Below are positions 1 to 7,933 of a stretch of DNA of 25,116 nucleotides, piece by piece. Source of the stretch: a virus (lineage: Duplodnaviria; Caudoviricetes). The translations under genes and the position numbers were made by a program. The DNA lies in the IMG/VR virus record IMGVR_UViG_3300037785_000039, positions 1 through 25,116 of that record. One strand, 5' to 3'. The notes beneath the pieces were generated by a model. The model was not told where the DNA came from and did not search any database. It was given only the letters and a program-made list of their open reading frames with translations. Position 1 is the stretch's first letter. Each line of letters opens with the position of its first letter.

Positions 1-27
1 GTCGGTCAAAAGCAACATTTCGGGACA

Positions 28-237
28 GTGACCATGAACCGTGGTACGATGGCCAAGCAGATAACGGAGGCTCCGATGGCTGGGTGCAAAACCAAAGGCA
101 TGAAGATGGGCGGCAAAGTTAAGGCCGCTTACATGAAGGGTGGCTCGGTGAAGTCAAAGGGCTACAAGAAGGGTGGCTCCGTCGATCAGTCGATGTGCAG
201 CCCGCGCAAGCGCATGGCGATGGGGAAAACGGGATAA
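28..237 (+). CDS. Small Lys/Gly/Met-rich basic phage protein with three xxKGGxV-type motifs
   Basis: 69-aa ORF containing MKMGGKV, YMKGGSV and YKKGGSV. Its stop TAA (235-237) overlaps the next ATG (TAATG). The start could be GTG28, ATG34 or ATG49. Confidence 0.7.
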   Translation: MTMNRGTMAKQITEAPMAGCKTKGMKMGGKVKAAYMKGGSVKSKGYKKGGSVDQSMCSPRKRMAMGKTG

Positions 238-404
238 TGGCAAAAGACGCTTGCTACAGGAAGGTTAAGGCCCGTTACAAGGTCTTCCCCTCTGCGTATG
301 CAAGCGGGGCCATTGCCAAGTGCCGCAAGGTTGGCGCAGACAACTGGGGCAACAAGACCCAGAAAAAGGCCAAGGGCGGGCTCGTTAAAGCGAGGACCTT
401 CTGA
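237..404 (+). CDS. Small basic conserved phage protein (KVFPSAYASG motif; DUF5872-like N-terminal half, tentative)
   Basis: ATG237 is coupled to the upstream stop and is in frame with ORF 195..404. The 55-aa product is MAKDACYRKVKARYKVFPSAYASGAIAKCRK... The family name is from memory. Confidence 0.7.
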   Translation: MAKDACYRKVKARYKVFPSAYASGAIAKCRKVGADNWGNKTQKKAKGGLVKARTF

Positions 405-682
405 TGGCCGTGCGCAAGACTGAGAAGGGCGCCGCGCTCAAGCGCTGGTTCAAGGAAGACTGGAAGGACGTCCGCACGGGCAAGCCTTGTGGTCGCCAAG
501 AGGGCGAAAAGCGCGGCACGCCTTACTGTCGGCCGTCGAAGCGTGTAAGCTCCAAGACGCCGAAGACGGCAGGCGAGATGTCGTCTTCGGAGAAGCGGCA
601 GAAGATTTCGGAGAAGAAGCGCTTGGGACAACCCGCCGGTAAACCGCGCCGTGTGTCCCCGGCGAAAAGGGGTAGGTCATGA
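404..682 (+). CDS. Small basic conserved phage protein (LKRWFKEDW..GKPCGR..PYCRPSKRVS; DUF5872-like C-terminal half, tentative)
   Basis: 92-aa ORF, TGATG-coupled to the previous gene, with a motif I recognise from viral hypothetical proteins. Confidence 0.75.
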   Translation: MAVRKTEKGAALKRWFKEDWKDVRTGKPCGRQEGEKRGTPYCRPSKRVSSKTPKTAGEMSSSEKRQKISEKKRLGQPAGKPRRVSPAKRGRS

Positions 683-1332
683 CGACTTCTGGTTCGCGAG
701 ACTTCAACCTCGATGTCGCTGAGCTCATCGAGGAGGCGTATGAGCGGTGTGGGCTCGAGGCCCGCACCGGCTACGACCTGCGCACGGCGCGCCGCTCGCT
801 GAACCTGATGTTCGCGGACTGGGCCAACCGTGGCCTGAACCTGTGGACTGTGACGGAAGCTACGCAGGCGCTGACGGCCGGGACTGCCGAGTACACGCTG
901 GGCGCCGACGTGGTGGACGTTCTGGATGTCGCCCTCCGTCGGAATGGTACGGACTACGAGCTCAATCGGATCAGTCGGAGCGAGTACCTGAACTTCCCGG
1001 ACAAGACCTCGACGGGGCGGCCGAGCCAGTTCTTCTTCGACCGGCAGATCCAGCCCAAGTTCGTGCTCTGGCAGACGCCGGACAACTCGTCCGACACGCT
1101 GGTCTACTACTACATTCGCAGGATGGAGGACGCCGACAGTCTGACGAACAACGCCGCTGTGCCGTTCCGCTTCCTGCCCTGTGCAGTGTCCGGTCTGGCA
1201 TACTATCTGTCGGTGAAGCGGGCCCCGGAGCGCATGCAAATGCTGAAGATGCTCTACGACGAGGACTTCCTGCTCGCCTCGACGGAGGACATCGACCGCG
1301 TGCCGCTGAAGCTCGTGCCGGGATTGAGGTGA
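679..1332 (+). CDS. Putative head-tail connector/adaptor protein
   Basis: 217 aa with an ATGA overlap and strong GC3 bias. The N-terminus (TSGSRDFNLDVAELIEEAYERCG..GYDLRTARRSLNLMFADWANRG) is typical of podovirus adaptor-like proteins, and the gene lies at the start of the tail module. Confidence 0.65.
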   Translation: MTTSGSRDFNLDVAELIEEAYERCGLEARTGYDLRTARRSLNLMFADWANRGLNLWTVTEATQALTAGTAEYTLGADVVDVLDVALRRNGTDYELNRISRSEYLNFPDKTSTGRPSQFFFDRQIQPKFVLWQTPDNSSDTLVYYYIRRMEDADSLTNNAAVPFRFLPCAVSGLAYYLSVKRAPERMQMLKMLYDEDFLLASTEDIDRVPLKLVPGLR

Positions 1333-1335
1333 CAC

Positions 1336-1638
1336 ATGGCGTTCGCATCGGGGAAGAACTCGTGGGGGATCTCTGACCGCTCCGGGTTCCGTTATCGTCT
1401 TCGGGACATGAAGAAAGAGTGGACCGGGGCGCTCGTCGGAAAGGACGAGTTTGAGCCCAAGCATCCGCAGCTGAAGCCGCGCAAGCACCGCCCGGATCCG
1501 CAGGCACTCCGCAACCCGCGACCGGACCGGGTCGAGCCCGTCGTCGTCTATGTCGGCATGTGGACCCCCGAGACGTGGAAAGACTATTCCGTCGTCGGCT
1601 TTGGTAAGGTCGGCCATCTGGAGGTGAGCACCCCATGA
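1336..1638 (+). CDS. Conserved phage hypothetical protein, probably a virion protein
   Basis: 100 aa (ASGK..WGISDRSGFRY..EWTG..VG.DEFEPKHPQL) with SD GAGGTG upstream. Confidence 0.75.
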   Translation: MAFASGKNSWGISDRSGFRYRLRDMKKEWTGALVGKDEFEPKHPQLKPRKHRPDPQALRNPRPDRVEPVVVYVGMWTPETWKDYSVVGFGKVGHLEVSTP

Positions 1639-2279
1639 CCATGACCTACGGCGAGCTCAAGACGGCCGTACAGGACTTCGTACAGTCCACCGAAACGAGC
1701 TTCGTGAACAACCTGCCGCTCTTCATCCGTCTCGCCGAAGAGCGGATCATGAAGAACGTGCGCCTGAATCTGTTCCAGAAGAACGCCTCTGGATCCACGA
1801 CGGCGGGGAACAAGTACGTCGCGGCTCCGAGCGACTTCCTCGCGCCGATCTCCCTGAGCCTGACCATCGGCGGAGAGCAGACGTTCCTGCTCCTGAAGAA
1901 CGCGGACTTCGTGCAGGAGTACATCCGTGACAGCGAGTCTGGAGAGCCGGTCTACTTCGGTCAGTACGACGTGGACAACCTGATCCTCGCTCCGATCCCC
2001 GACAGCGCCTACGCGCTGGAGATGCACTACCTGTACCGCCCCAACAGCCTGACGGTTGGAGGCGACAGCGGGACCACGTGGCTCAGCGAGAACGCCGAAG
2101 TTGCCTTGCTTTACGGGACGCTTGTCGAAGCGTATACTTACCTCAAAGGCGATCAGGACCTCATGGTGCTGTACAGCCAACGCTTTGCTGAAGCGCTGCA
2201 GCGTCTCAAGAACCTCGGCGAAGGCCTTGAGACAACTGACGAGTATCGCATGGGCAAGCTGATGCGCCCCAAGACCTAA
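1635..2279 (+). CDS. Putative tail tubular/adaptor protein
   Basis: 214 aa with an ATGA overlap. The pattern MTY.ELK.AV.D...LPLFIRLAEERI...P.PD..Y...TWLS.NA..ALLYG.L.EAY.YLK fits podovirus adaptor proteins. Confidence 0.65.
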   Translation: MTMTYGELKTAVQDFVQSTETSFVNNLPLFIRLAEERIMKNVRLNLFQKNASGSTTAGNKYVAAPSDFLAPISLSLTIGGEQTFLLLKNADFVQEYIRDSESGEPVYFGQYDVDNLILAPIPDSAYALEMHYLYRPNSLTVGGDSGTTWLSENAEVALLYGTLVEAYTYLKGDQDLMVLYSQRFAEALQRLKNLGEGLETTDEYRMGKLMRPKT

Positions 2280-2291
2280 GGAGAGACTGAC

Positions 2292-2714
2292 ATGGCCATC
2301 ACCACCGCGATGTGCTCAAGCTTCAAAGAGGAGCTCCTGAAGGGCGTTCACGATTTCGAGAACGACACCTTCAAGATGGCTCTGTATACGTCGTCCGCGT
2401 CTCTCGACGCCTCGACGACTGCGTATACGGCCTCCAACGAGGTGAGCGGTACGGGGTACACCGCAGGCGGTCAGGACCTCGACAGCCCGACCGTGACGCT
2501 CAGCGGAACCACCGCGTTCGTCGATTTTGCTGACGAGACGTGGACCACTGCGACCATCACCGCACGCGGCGCGCTGATCTACAACAGCACTGCGGCTGGA
2601 AACCCGGCCGTGGCTGTGTTCGACTTCGGCGCGGACAAGACCTCGACGGCGGGTGACTTCGTGGTTCAGTTCCCGACGGCAGACGCTTCGAACGCCGTAA
2701 TCCGCATCGCGTAA
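2292..2714 (+). CDS. Virion structural protein (tail-associated)
   Basis: 140 aa, Thr/Ala-rich and beta-like (DTFKMALYTS..NEVSGTGYTAGG..ARGALIYN), with SD AAGGAG upstream. Confidence 0.7.
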   Translation: MAITTAMCSSFKEELLKGVHDFENDTFKMALYTSSASLDASTTAYTASNEVSGTGYTAGGQDLDSPTVTLSGTTAFVDFADETWTTATITARGALIYNSTAAGNPAVAVFDFGADKTSTAGDFVVQFPTADASNAVIRIA

Positions 2715-2723
2715 GAGGCAGTC

Positions 2724-4127
2724 ATGGCCGTTCTCGCCAACCGCGTCAAAGTCGCAACCGCGACCACTGGCACCGGGACGATCACTCTCGGTTCCGCCGA
2801 AAACGGCTATCAGTCGTTTTCTGACGGCGGTATCTCTGACGGCGAAGTGGTCAGCTATGTTATCGAAGACGGTAACAACTGGGAGATCGGCACTGGAACC
2901 TATACGGCCAGCGGCACCACCTTATCCAGAACGGTAAGCGAGAGCAGCAACTCGGATGCTGCCATCAACCTCAGCGGCAACGCGGTGGTGTTCATCACCG
3001 CGCTTTCCGGCGACCTGCAAAATGCGGTCGATATGGACCAAGGCGTGGCGACGACGGACAGCCCGTCGTTTGCTGGTCTGAGCGTGAACAGCAACCCGCT
3101 GCCCACCGCTGGCTCCCTCTCGAACCGCAACAAGATCATCAACGGCGCGATGCAGATCGCGCAGCGCGGCACGAACTTTGCTGGTGGCACCACGAACGCG
3201 GACGACGCCTATACGCTGGACCGCTGGTATGTGCTGTCGGAAGGGTCGGACAGCATTGACGTGGATCAGGTTGCGGACAGCCCGGACGATGGCGGCAAGT
3301 GCATTCGTCTGGACGTGGAGACGACGGGTGAAAAGTTCGGTATTGCCCAAATCGTCGAGGCGTCGAACTGCACTGGCCTGATTGGCAATACGGTCACGCT
3401 GTCCTTCGCGGCGAAGGTCTCTAACGCCCGGATCGACACGGTAAAGGCAGCGGTTGTGGCGTGGAGCGGCACGGCAGACACGGTGACGAGCGACATTATC
3501 TCGGCATGGAATGCTGACGGCACGACGCCTACGCTTATTGCCAACGCGACGTTTGAGAATACGCCTGCTGATCTGGGTGTGACGACCTCGTGGGCGACCT
3601 ACGAGATTACGGCGACGGTGGATACGGCCAGTGCGGCGAACCTGATTGTGTTCATCTGGTCGGACGACGCGACGAACCCTTTGGCGGGCGATTTTCTGTA
3701 CATCACGAACGTGCAGCTTGAGGCTGGCGACACCGCCACGCCTTTTGAGCATCGGTCCTATGGGCAGGAGTTGGCGCTGTGTCATAGGTATTATCAAAAA
3801 ATCACTTACGCAGGGAGTAATACAATAGCAGTCGGCCTTACATTCACCACAACTGCTGCTGTAGCGCGAATTAATTTTTTGCAAGAAATGCGGGCTGCTC
3901 CGTCTATTACGCTCCCGCCCGCTGGGCAAACTTCTGGAACAATGAGTTTTTTAAACAATAGTAGTTTTCCAAGCGCAACAGGTAGTCATTCTGCGGGGGC
4001 AATCGAGTCTCACAGTTTTACAGTTGATGCCGCTGGGTACACAGGTCTTGCCGGGAGTGGATATGCTGCTGCGTTATTCGCTGTTTCTGGTTCTGATGTT
4101 TCATTTCTTTTTGATGCGGAGTTATAA
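2724..4127 (+). CDS. Tail fibre / receptor-binding protein
   Basis: 467 aa. It has an N-terminal anchor ([18 protein letters not shown]) and a central module ([48 protein letters not shown]) common in phage fibres. The C-terminal tip is AT-rich. Confidence 0.75.
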   Translation: MAVLANRVKVATATTGTGTITLGSAENGYQSFSDGGISDGEVVSYVIEDGNNWEIGTGTYTASGTTLSRTVSESSNSDAAINLSGNAVVFITALSGDLQNAVDMDQGVATTDSPSFAGLSVNSNPLPTAGSLSNRNKIINGAMQIAQRGTNFAGGTTNADDAYTLDRWYVLSEGSDSIDVDQVADSPDDGGKCIRLDVETTGEKFGIAQIVEASNCTGLIGNTVTLSFAAKVSNARIDTVKAAVVAWSGTADTVTSDIISAWNADGTTPTLIANATFENTPADLGVTTSWATYEITATVDTASAANLIVFIWSDDATNPLAGDFLYITNVQLEAGDTATPFEHRSYGQELALCHRYYQKITYAGSNTIAVGLTFTTTAAVARINFLQEMRAAPSITLPPAGQTSGTMSFLNNSSFPSATGSHSAGAIESHSFTVDAAGYTGLAGSGYAAALFAVSGSDVSFLFDAEL

Positions 4128-4129
4128 TC

Positions 4130-4567
4130 ATGGACAAAATGAACATCACAACCGCTCAATATATTGCAGGAGAAGGTGTCAACACTAGCATCACCGCAGT
4201 CATTGACGGTGTAACTATGAGCGTCCCCCTTGACCCTGCCAACCGCCACTATCAGGCAGTCATGGAAGCTGTCGAGTCTGGCGATCTGGTGATTGAACCT
4301 GCACCGACACCCACCCCAGAAGAAGCCCTCGCTGATGAGCGCGCTGCCATGCGCTGCACCCCTGCTCAGATGCGCCTGACGCTGCACCGCATGGACCTCC
4401 TGACGCAGGTGCAGGCCATCGCTGACGCAGACCCGGAGGCGAGCATCGTGTGGGAGTATGCCACGGTCATCGAGCGCACCAGCCCTCTGATCGACGCACT
4501 GGGTGGGCCGAATGGGTTCACCGACACTCAGATCGACGATATATTCCGCGCTGCGATGCAGGTCTAG
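4130..4567 (+). CDS. Putative tail fibre assembly/chaperone protein
   Basis: 145 aa directly after the fibre gene. A VPLDPANRHYQ module is followed by TPAQMRL.L..WEYA..IER.SPLI..L..TDTQIDDIF, both seen in fibre-associated small proteins. Confidence 0.6.
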   Translation: MDKMNITTAQYIAGEGVNTSITAVIDGVTMSVPLDPANRHYQAVMEAVESGDLVIEPAPTPTPEEALADERAAMRCTPAQMRLTLHRMDLLTQVQAIADADPEASIVWEYATVIERTSPLIDALGGPNGFTDTQIDDIFRAAMQV

Positions 4568-4585
4568 TCTGGCTCATCACGGGAT

Positions 4586-4614
4586 ATGACACCCCGCCCT
4601 GACCGTGCTAAACT
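4586..4614 (+). promoter_or_regulatory. Candidate sigma70-type promoter
   Basis: ATGACA (4586-4591), 17-nt spacer, TAAACT (4609-4614), with an extended -10 TG at 4606-4607. It sits in one of the few intergenic gaps; SD AGGAG precedes ATG4640. Confidence 0.45.
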
Positions 4615-4639
4615 CCGGACAGACGGACAGGAGTAAACG

Positions 4640-5305
4640 ATGCTCGGCTTCAGCCCCATAGCTTCTGCGGCCCTCGCGGACGACGGGGGCGGCCTTGCCG
4701 TAATCGCTCTGGTCACGGGGGTCGAGGCCACCGGTCAGGTGAACGCTCCCGCTGTCTCCGGTGACGCCAACGTTGCCCTTACCGGGGTCGAGGCCACCGG
4801 TCAGGTCGGCACGGTCACTGCCGCAGTAAACATTGCCGCAGAGATCACCGGCGTTTCCGCCACGGGCGCCGCAGGAGACCTGTCGGTCTCCGGTGACGCC
4901 AACGTTGCAAGCGGCTCGGTGGTCGGAACCTCTGCCGCAGGCACGCTCGACGTTGCCGCAGCGGCCAATGTCTCCGTCACCGGCGTGTCCGCGACCGGTC
5001 AGGTCGGCACAGTAACCGTCTACCTGATCATTGAGGTTCCGATCACGGGGGTTGAGGCCACCGGCGAGACAGGAACCCTGACGGTCGCAGCCGCCGCGTC
5101 AGCCACTCTGCCGAGCGTCACTGCCACCGGGGTCGTCTCTGATGTGAGCGTCGCCGCATCTGCGACCACGTCCATCACGGGCGTTGTTGCATTCGGAGCA
5201 GTGACGCGGCCCAACGTCTGGGGAACCATTGTCCCCGCTCCGGGGACGGCATGGACAGAAGTAACACCCGCAGCCGGGTCCACGTGGACCCCCATTGCAG
5301 CATGA
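4640..5305 (+). CDS. Repetitive Ala/Thr/Val/Gly-rich virion protein (fibre/shaft-like)
   Basis: 221 aa with repeated TGV[ES]ATGQVG units of about 22 aa, terminal W-T-x-V/I motifs and SD AGGAG. Confidence 0.75.
   Translation: MLGFSPIASAALADDGGGLAVIALVTGVEATGQVNAPAVSGDANVALTGVEATGQVGTVTAAVNIAAEITGVSATGAAGDLSVSGDANVASGSVVGTSAAGTLDVAAAANVSVTGVSATGQVGTVTVYLIIEVPITGVEATGETGTLTVAAAASATLPSVTATGVVSDVSVAASATTSITGVVAFGAVTRPNVWGTIVPAPGTAWTEVTPAAGSTWTPIAA
4718..4908 (+). repeat. Intragenic repeats with a 66-nt period
   Basis: The 23-mer ggggtcgaggccaccggtcaggt occurs at 4718 and 4784 (66 nt apart). The 23-mer gtctccggtgacgccaacgttgc occurs at 4754 and 4886 (132 nt apart). Confidence 0.8.
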
Positions 5306-5312
5306 GGAAGAT

Positions 5313-5942
5313 ATGCGAGCAGCCTACGAAGTAGCGCAGTCCTACATGGGGCTCAAGGAGTACCCCGGCGCGGCCAACAACCCGGCCGTGCTCAAGATGT
5401 TCGCCGACTCCGGGCATGACTGGGTGGACGCGGACTCCACGCCTTGGTGTGCCGCCTTCGTCGGTTCCGTTCTGGCCCAGACCGGGGTTCAAGGAACGGG
5501 GAAATTGAACGCACGCTCTTATCTGGACTGGGGCAAGCCGGTAAATCTGGGCGCCGCAGAACCGGGCGACATTGTTGTGTTCTGGCGCGGCAGCCGCGAC
5601 GGCTGGCAGGGCCACGTCGGCTTCTACGCTGGCGTGCAGGGCAACAACGTCGTGGTCCTCGGCGGCAACCAAGGCGACAAGGTCAGCAAGGCTGAGTACC
5701 CGATCTCCCGCCTGCTGGGCGTCCGCCGCGTCAAAGAGCCCCGATCCACCCCGGCGCAGTCCACGACCGTGCAGGCCTCCGCTGCTCAGGCCGTTGCGGC
5801 TGCGACTGGCGGCGTGACGGCTGTCGCGGCACTCGACGGTCAGGCTCAGATCCTCGCCTTGGTCTGCGCGGCCGTCGTGGGGCTGGCTGCTGTCTGGATC
5901 ATGCGCGAGCGCCTGAAGAAATGGGCGATGGGGGACCGATGA
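5313..5942 (+). CDS. TIGR02594-family (NlpC/P60/CHAP-like) peptidoglycan hydrolase, probable endolysin, with a hydrophobic C-terminus
   Basis: Motifs TPWCAAFVG, ARSYLDWG, GDIVVFWRG, GHVGFY and VLGGNQGD give a Cys-His dyad. ATG5313 follows GAGGAAG. The C-terminus includes ILALVCAAVVGLAAVWIM. Confidence 0.85.
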   Translation: MRAAYEVAQSYMGLKEYPGAANNPAVLKMFADSGHDWVDADSTPWCAAFVGSVLAQTGVQGTGKLNARSYLDWGKPVNLGAAEPGDIVVFWRGSRDGWQGHVGFYAGVQGNNVVVLGGNQGDKVSKAEYPISRLLGVRRVKEPRSTPAQSTTVQASAAQAVAAATGGVTAVAALDGQAQILALVCAAVVGLAAVWIMRERLKKWAMGDR

Positions 5943-6163
5943 TCCGGATCAAACTCTGGCTGTACGCCATTGGCGGATTTGTGGTGGCGGTCCTCGGAGC
6001 ATGGTTCGTGGGCCGACGCGAGGGGAAAAAGGTTGCCGAGTACGAGGAGTCTCAGCGGCGACTTGACGTGATGAAAGAGGCCCACGAGGTACAGGATGAA
6101 GTTCGCAAGCTTAGCGACGATGATATGCGTCGTGCTCTTGGCCGCTGGATGCGAGACCCGTAG
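5939..6163 (+). CDS. Putative inner-membrane spanin (Rz-like)
   Basis: ATGA overlap with the endolysin stop. An N-terminal TM segment (LWLYAIGGFVVAVLGAWFV) is followed by a charged helical region, and the gene overlaps a lipoprotein gene. Confidence 0.65.
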   Translation: MIRIKLWLYAIGGFVVAVLGAWFVGRREGKKVAEYEESQRRLDVMKEAHEVQDEVRKLSDDDMRRALGRWMRDP

Positions 6164-6287
6164 TAACTCGTGTGACTGGGCGGCCCCGCTCCGCCCGTCC
6201 ACGCAAGACGTGTTGACCCAAGGCACGGTGGAGCAGATAGTGCTGCACAACACGCTCGGCGAGCGCCTGTGCGGCTGGAGGCCATAG
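6096..6287 (+). CDS. Putative outer-membrane lipoprotein spanin (Rz1-like)
   Basis: Signal peptide plus lipobox (MKFASLATMICVVLLAAG-C), two further Cys, and a 68-nt overlap with the Rz-like gene in another frame. Confidence 0.7.
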   Translation: MKFASLATMICVVLLAAGCETRSNSCDWAAPLRPSTQDVLTQGTVEQIVLHNTLGERLCGWRP

Positions 6288-6296
6288 GAGGGGTGA

Positions 6297-7205
6297 ATGC
6301 CCAGTTCATATACGTCCAACCTTGCAATCGAGAAGCCCGCGAACGGCGAGCAGGTCGGTACTTGGGGTAGCACGGTCAACGACAACATGGACATCGTGGA
6401 CCGCCTGACCAGTCAGGTGGGCTCGATTGCCTTGACGGGGACGACGCACACGCTGACGACGTCGGGGTCTGGTGCTTTGTCCGATGGTCATTACAGCTTG
6501 ATCAAGTTTACTGGAACTCCGGGCGGCACCTGCACGGTAACGATCAGCCCCAACAACATCCAGCGGATCTATACGATCTACAACGCGACCAACCAGACTG
6601 TGATCATGTCGCAGGGATCGGGGTCCACGGTCAGCGTTCTGGCTGGCGAGGTCGCGCAGCTCTACGCGGACGGCGCCGGTTCTGGTGCTTCGGTCGTTCA
6701 GCTCACGGACAAGCTCAAGGACGTCCTGTACAGCGGCGACATCGGTTCGACCGTTCAGGGCTACGACGCTGACCTCGCGGCAATCGGGGCGCTGGCCAAG
6801 ACCGACGGCAACTTCATCGTGGGCAACGGGTCCACGTGGGTAGCCGAAAGTGGCGACACGGCGCTGACCAGCCTTGGGGTGACGGCGACCGCGACCGAGC
6901 TGAACAAGCTGGACGGCGTGACGTGGACGCTGACCGACCTCAACGGTCTGACGCCCACCGTGACGGAACTGAACTACGTCGATGGCGTAACCAGCAGCAT
7001 CCAAACACAGCTGGACGCTAAGGTGGACGACGTGAACGCGAGCATTGAGACGTCGATCTCTCTGACCGGCGGAGCTGCTGCTTGGACGTTCGTGTCGTAC
7101 GCTAATAACCTCTACATCAAGTACGGTACCTTAAACGTGGCGATGCTGGACACCGCTGGTAATCTGACAGTCAGGGGTAACATCACCGCCTACGGGAGCG
7201 TCTAA
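6297..7205 (+). CDS. Second tail fibre-like structural protein
   Basis: 302 aa with SD GGAGGG. N-terminus SSYTSNLAIEKPANGEQ.GTWG; shaft repeats TATELNKLDGVT / TVTELNYVDGVT; fibre-tip-like end GNLTVRGNITAYG. Confidence 0.7.
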   Translation: MPSSYTSNLAIEKPANGEQVGTWGSTVNDNMDIVDRLTSQVGSIALTGTTHTLTTSGSGALSDGHYSLIKFTGTPGGTCTVTISPNNIQRIYTIYNATNQTVIMSQGSGSTVSVLAGEVAQLYADGAGSGASVVQLTDKLKDVLYSGDIGSTVQGYDADLAAIGALAKTDGNFIVGNGSTWVAESGDTALTSLGVTATATELNKLDGVTWTLTDLNGLTPTVTELNYVDGVTSSIQTQLDAKVDDVNASIETSISLTGGAAAWTFVSYANNLYIKYGTLNVAMLDTAGNLTVRGNITAYGSV

Positions 7206-7933
7206 TGACTGTCCCGACGCAAGGCCCGGTTAGTTTCTCTGACCTGCAAAATACGTTCGGTGGCACGAACCCTATTAGCATGTCCGAGTACTATCGCGGC
7301 GGTGCCCTTGTGCCCGTCGGGACCAATACTTCTGGCATCCCTTCGTCGGGAGCAATTGGTGTCGCGTCTTTTCGAGGAACTACCCCCTTTGCCAGCGTGT
7401 ACTACGAGGTCATCGGCGCGGGTGGCGCTGGGGGCTATGGGCGCGGAAACGGTTATGGTAGCGGCCGCGCAGCGTCTGGTGGTGGAAGCTCCATAACAGG
7501 CAGCGGAGTGAGCATCTCTGTCAGCGGCGGAATAGGCGGCTTGAACGCCGTTATCGACGGGGACACGGTGGGCCGTGGCAGCGATGGGCAGGGAACCGCA
7601 TACGGCTCTGGTGGGGGTGGTGCATTTAACTTCTCGGTCGGCGGGGACGCTCCCGCAACAAGCTACGGCGCTGGCGGCGGCGGTGCGGGCGGTGACAGCT
7701 CCAGCTTCTTCGACCCGTCTGGGGGTTGCGGGGAGGGTGGCTATGCGGGCCAGCGCACCACCGGGAACCTGTCTCTTCGGTATGGCTCTGTGACTTTGAC
7801 CATGACGATTGGAAGTGCCGGTATCGGCTCTGGTGGAGACTATCGGGGCGGCAACGGAGCCAACGGCTTCGCCCGGCTGGTCGTGGACGGCGTCTTTTAC
7901 GATTATACTTCGTCTGGGACGAAGGTGATCTGA
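7205..7933 (+). CDS. Glycine-rich adhesin-like protein
   Basis: 242 aa, TAATG-coupled. An N-terminal module (GPVSFSDLQNTFGG..ISMSEYYRGG..IPSSG.I..F.G) is followed by polyglycine motifs (IGAGGAGG, YGAGGGGAGG, GGNGANG). Confidence 0.7.
   Translation: MTVPTQGPVSFSDLQNTFGGTNPISMSEYYRGGALVPVGTNTSGIPSSGAIGVASFRGTTPFASVYYEVIGAGGAGGYGRGNGYGSGRAASGGGSSITGSGVSISVSGGIGGLNAVIDGDTVGRGSDGQGTAYGSGGGGAFNFSVGGDAPATSYGAGGGGAGGDSSSFFDPSGGCGEGGYAGQRTTGNLSLRYGSVTLTMTIGSAGIGSGGDYRGGNGANGFARLVVDGVFYDYTSSGTKVI

Noticed and set aside
3780-4127. Diversity-generating retroelement variable region in the fibre tip
   Set aside because: No reverse transcriptase or template repeat is seen in the window; a module swap explains the composition more simply.
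7726-7932. 69-aa N-terminal extension of the tail hub ORF given in the ORF track
   Set aside because: It overlaps the glycine-rich gene and looks non-protein-like. ATG7933 is coupled to the upstream stop.
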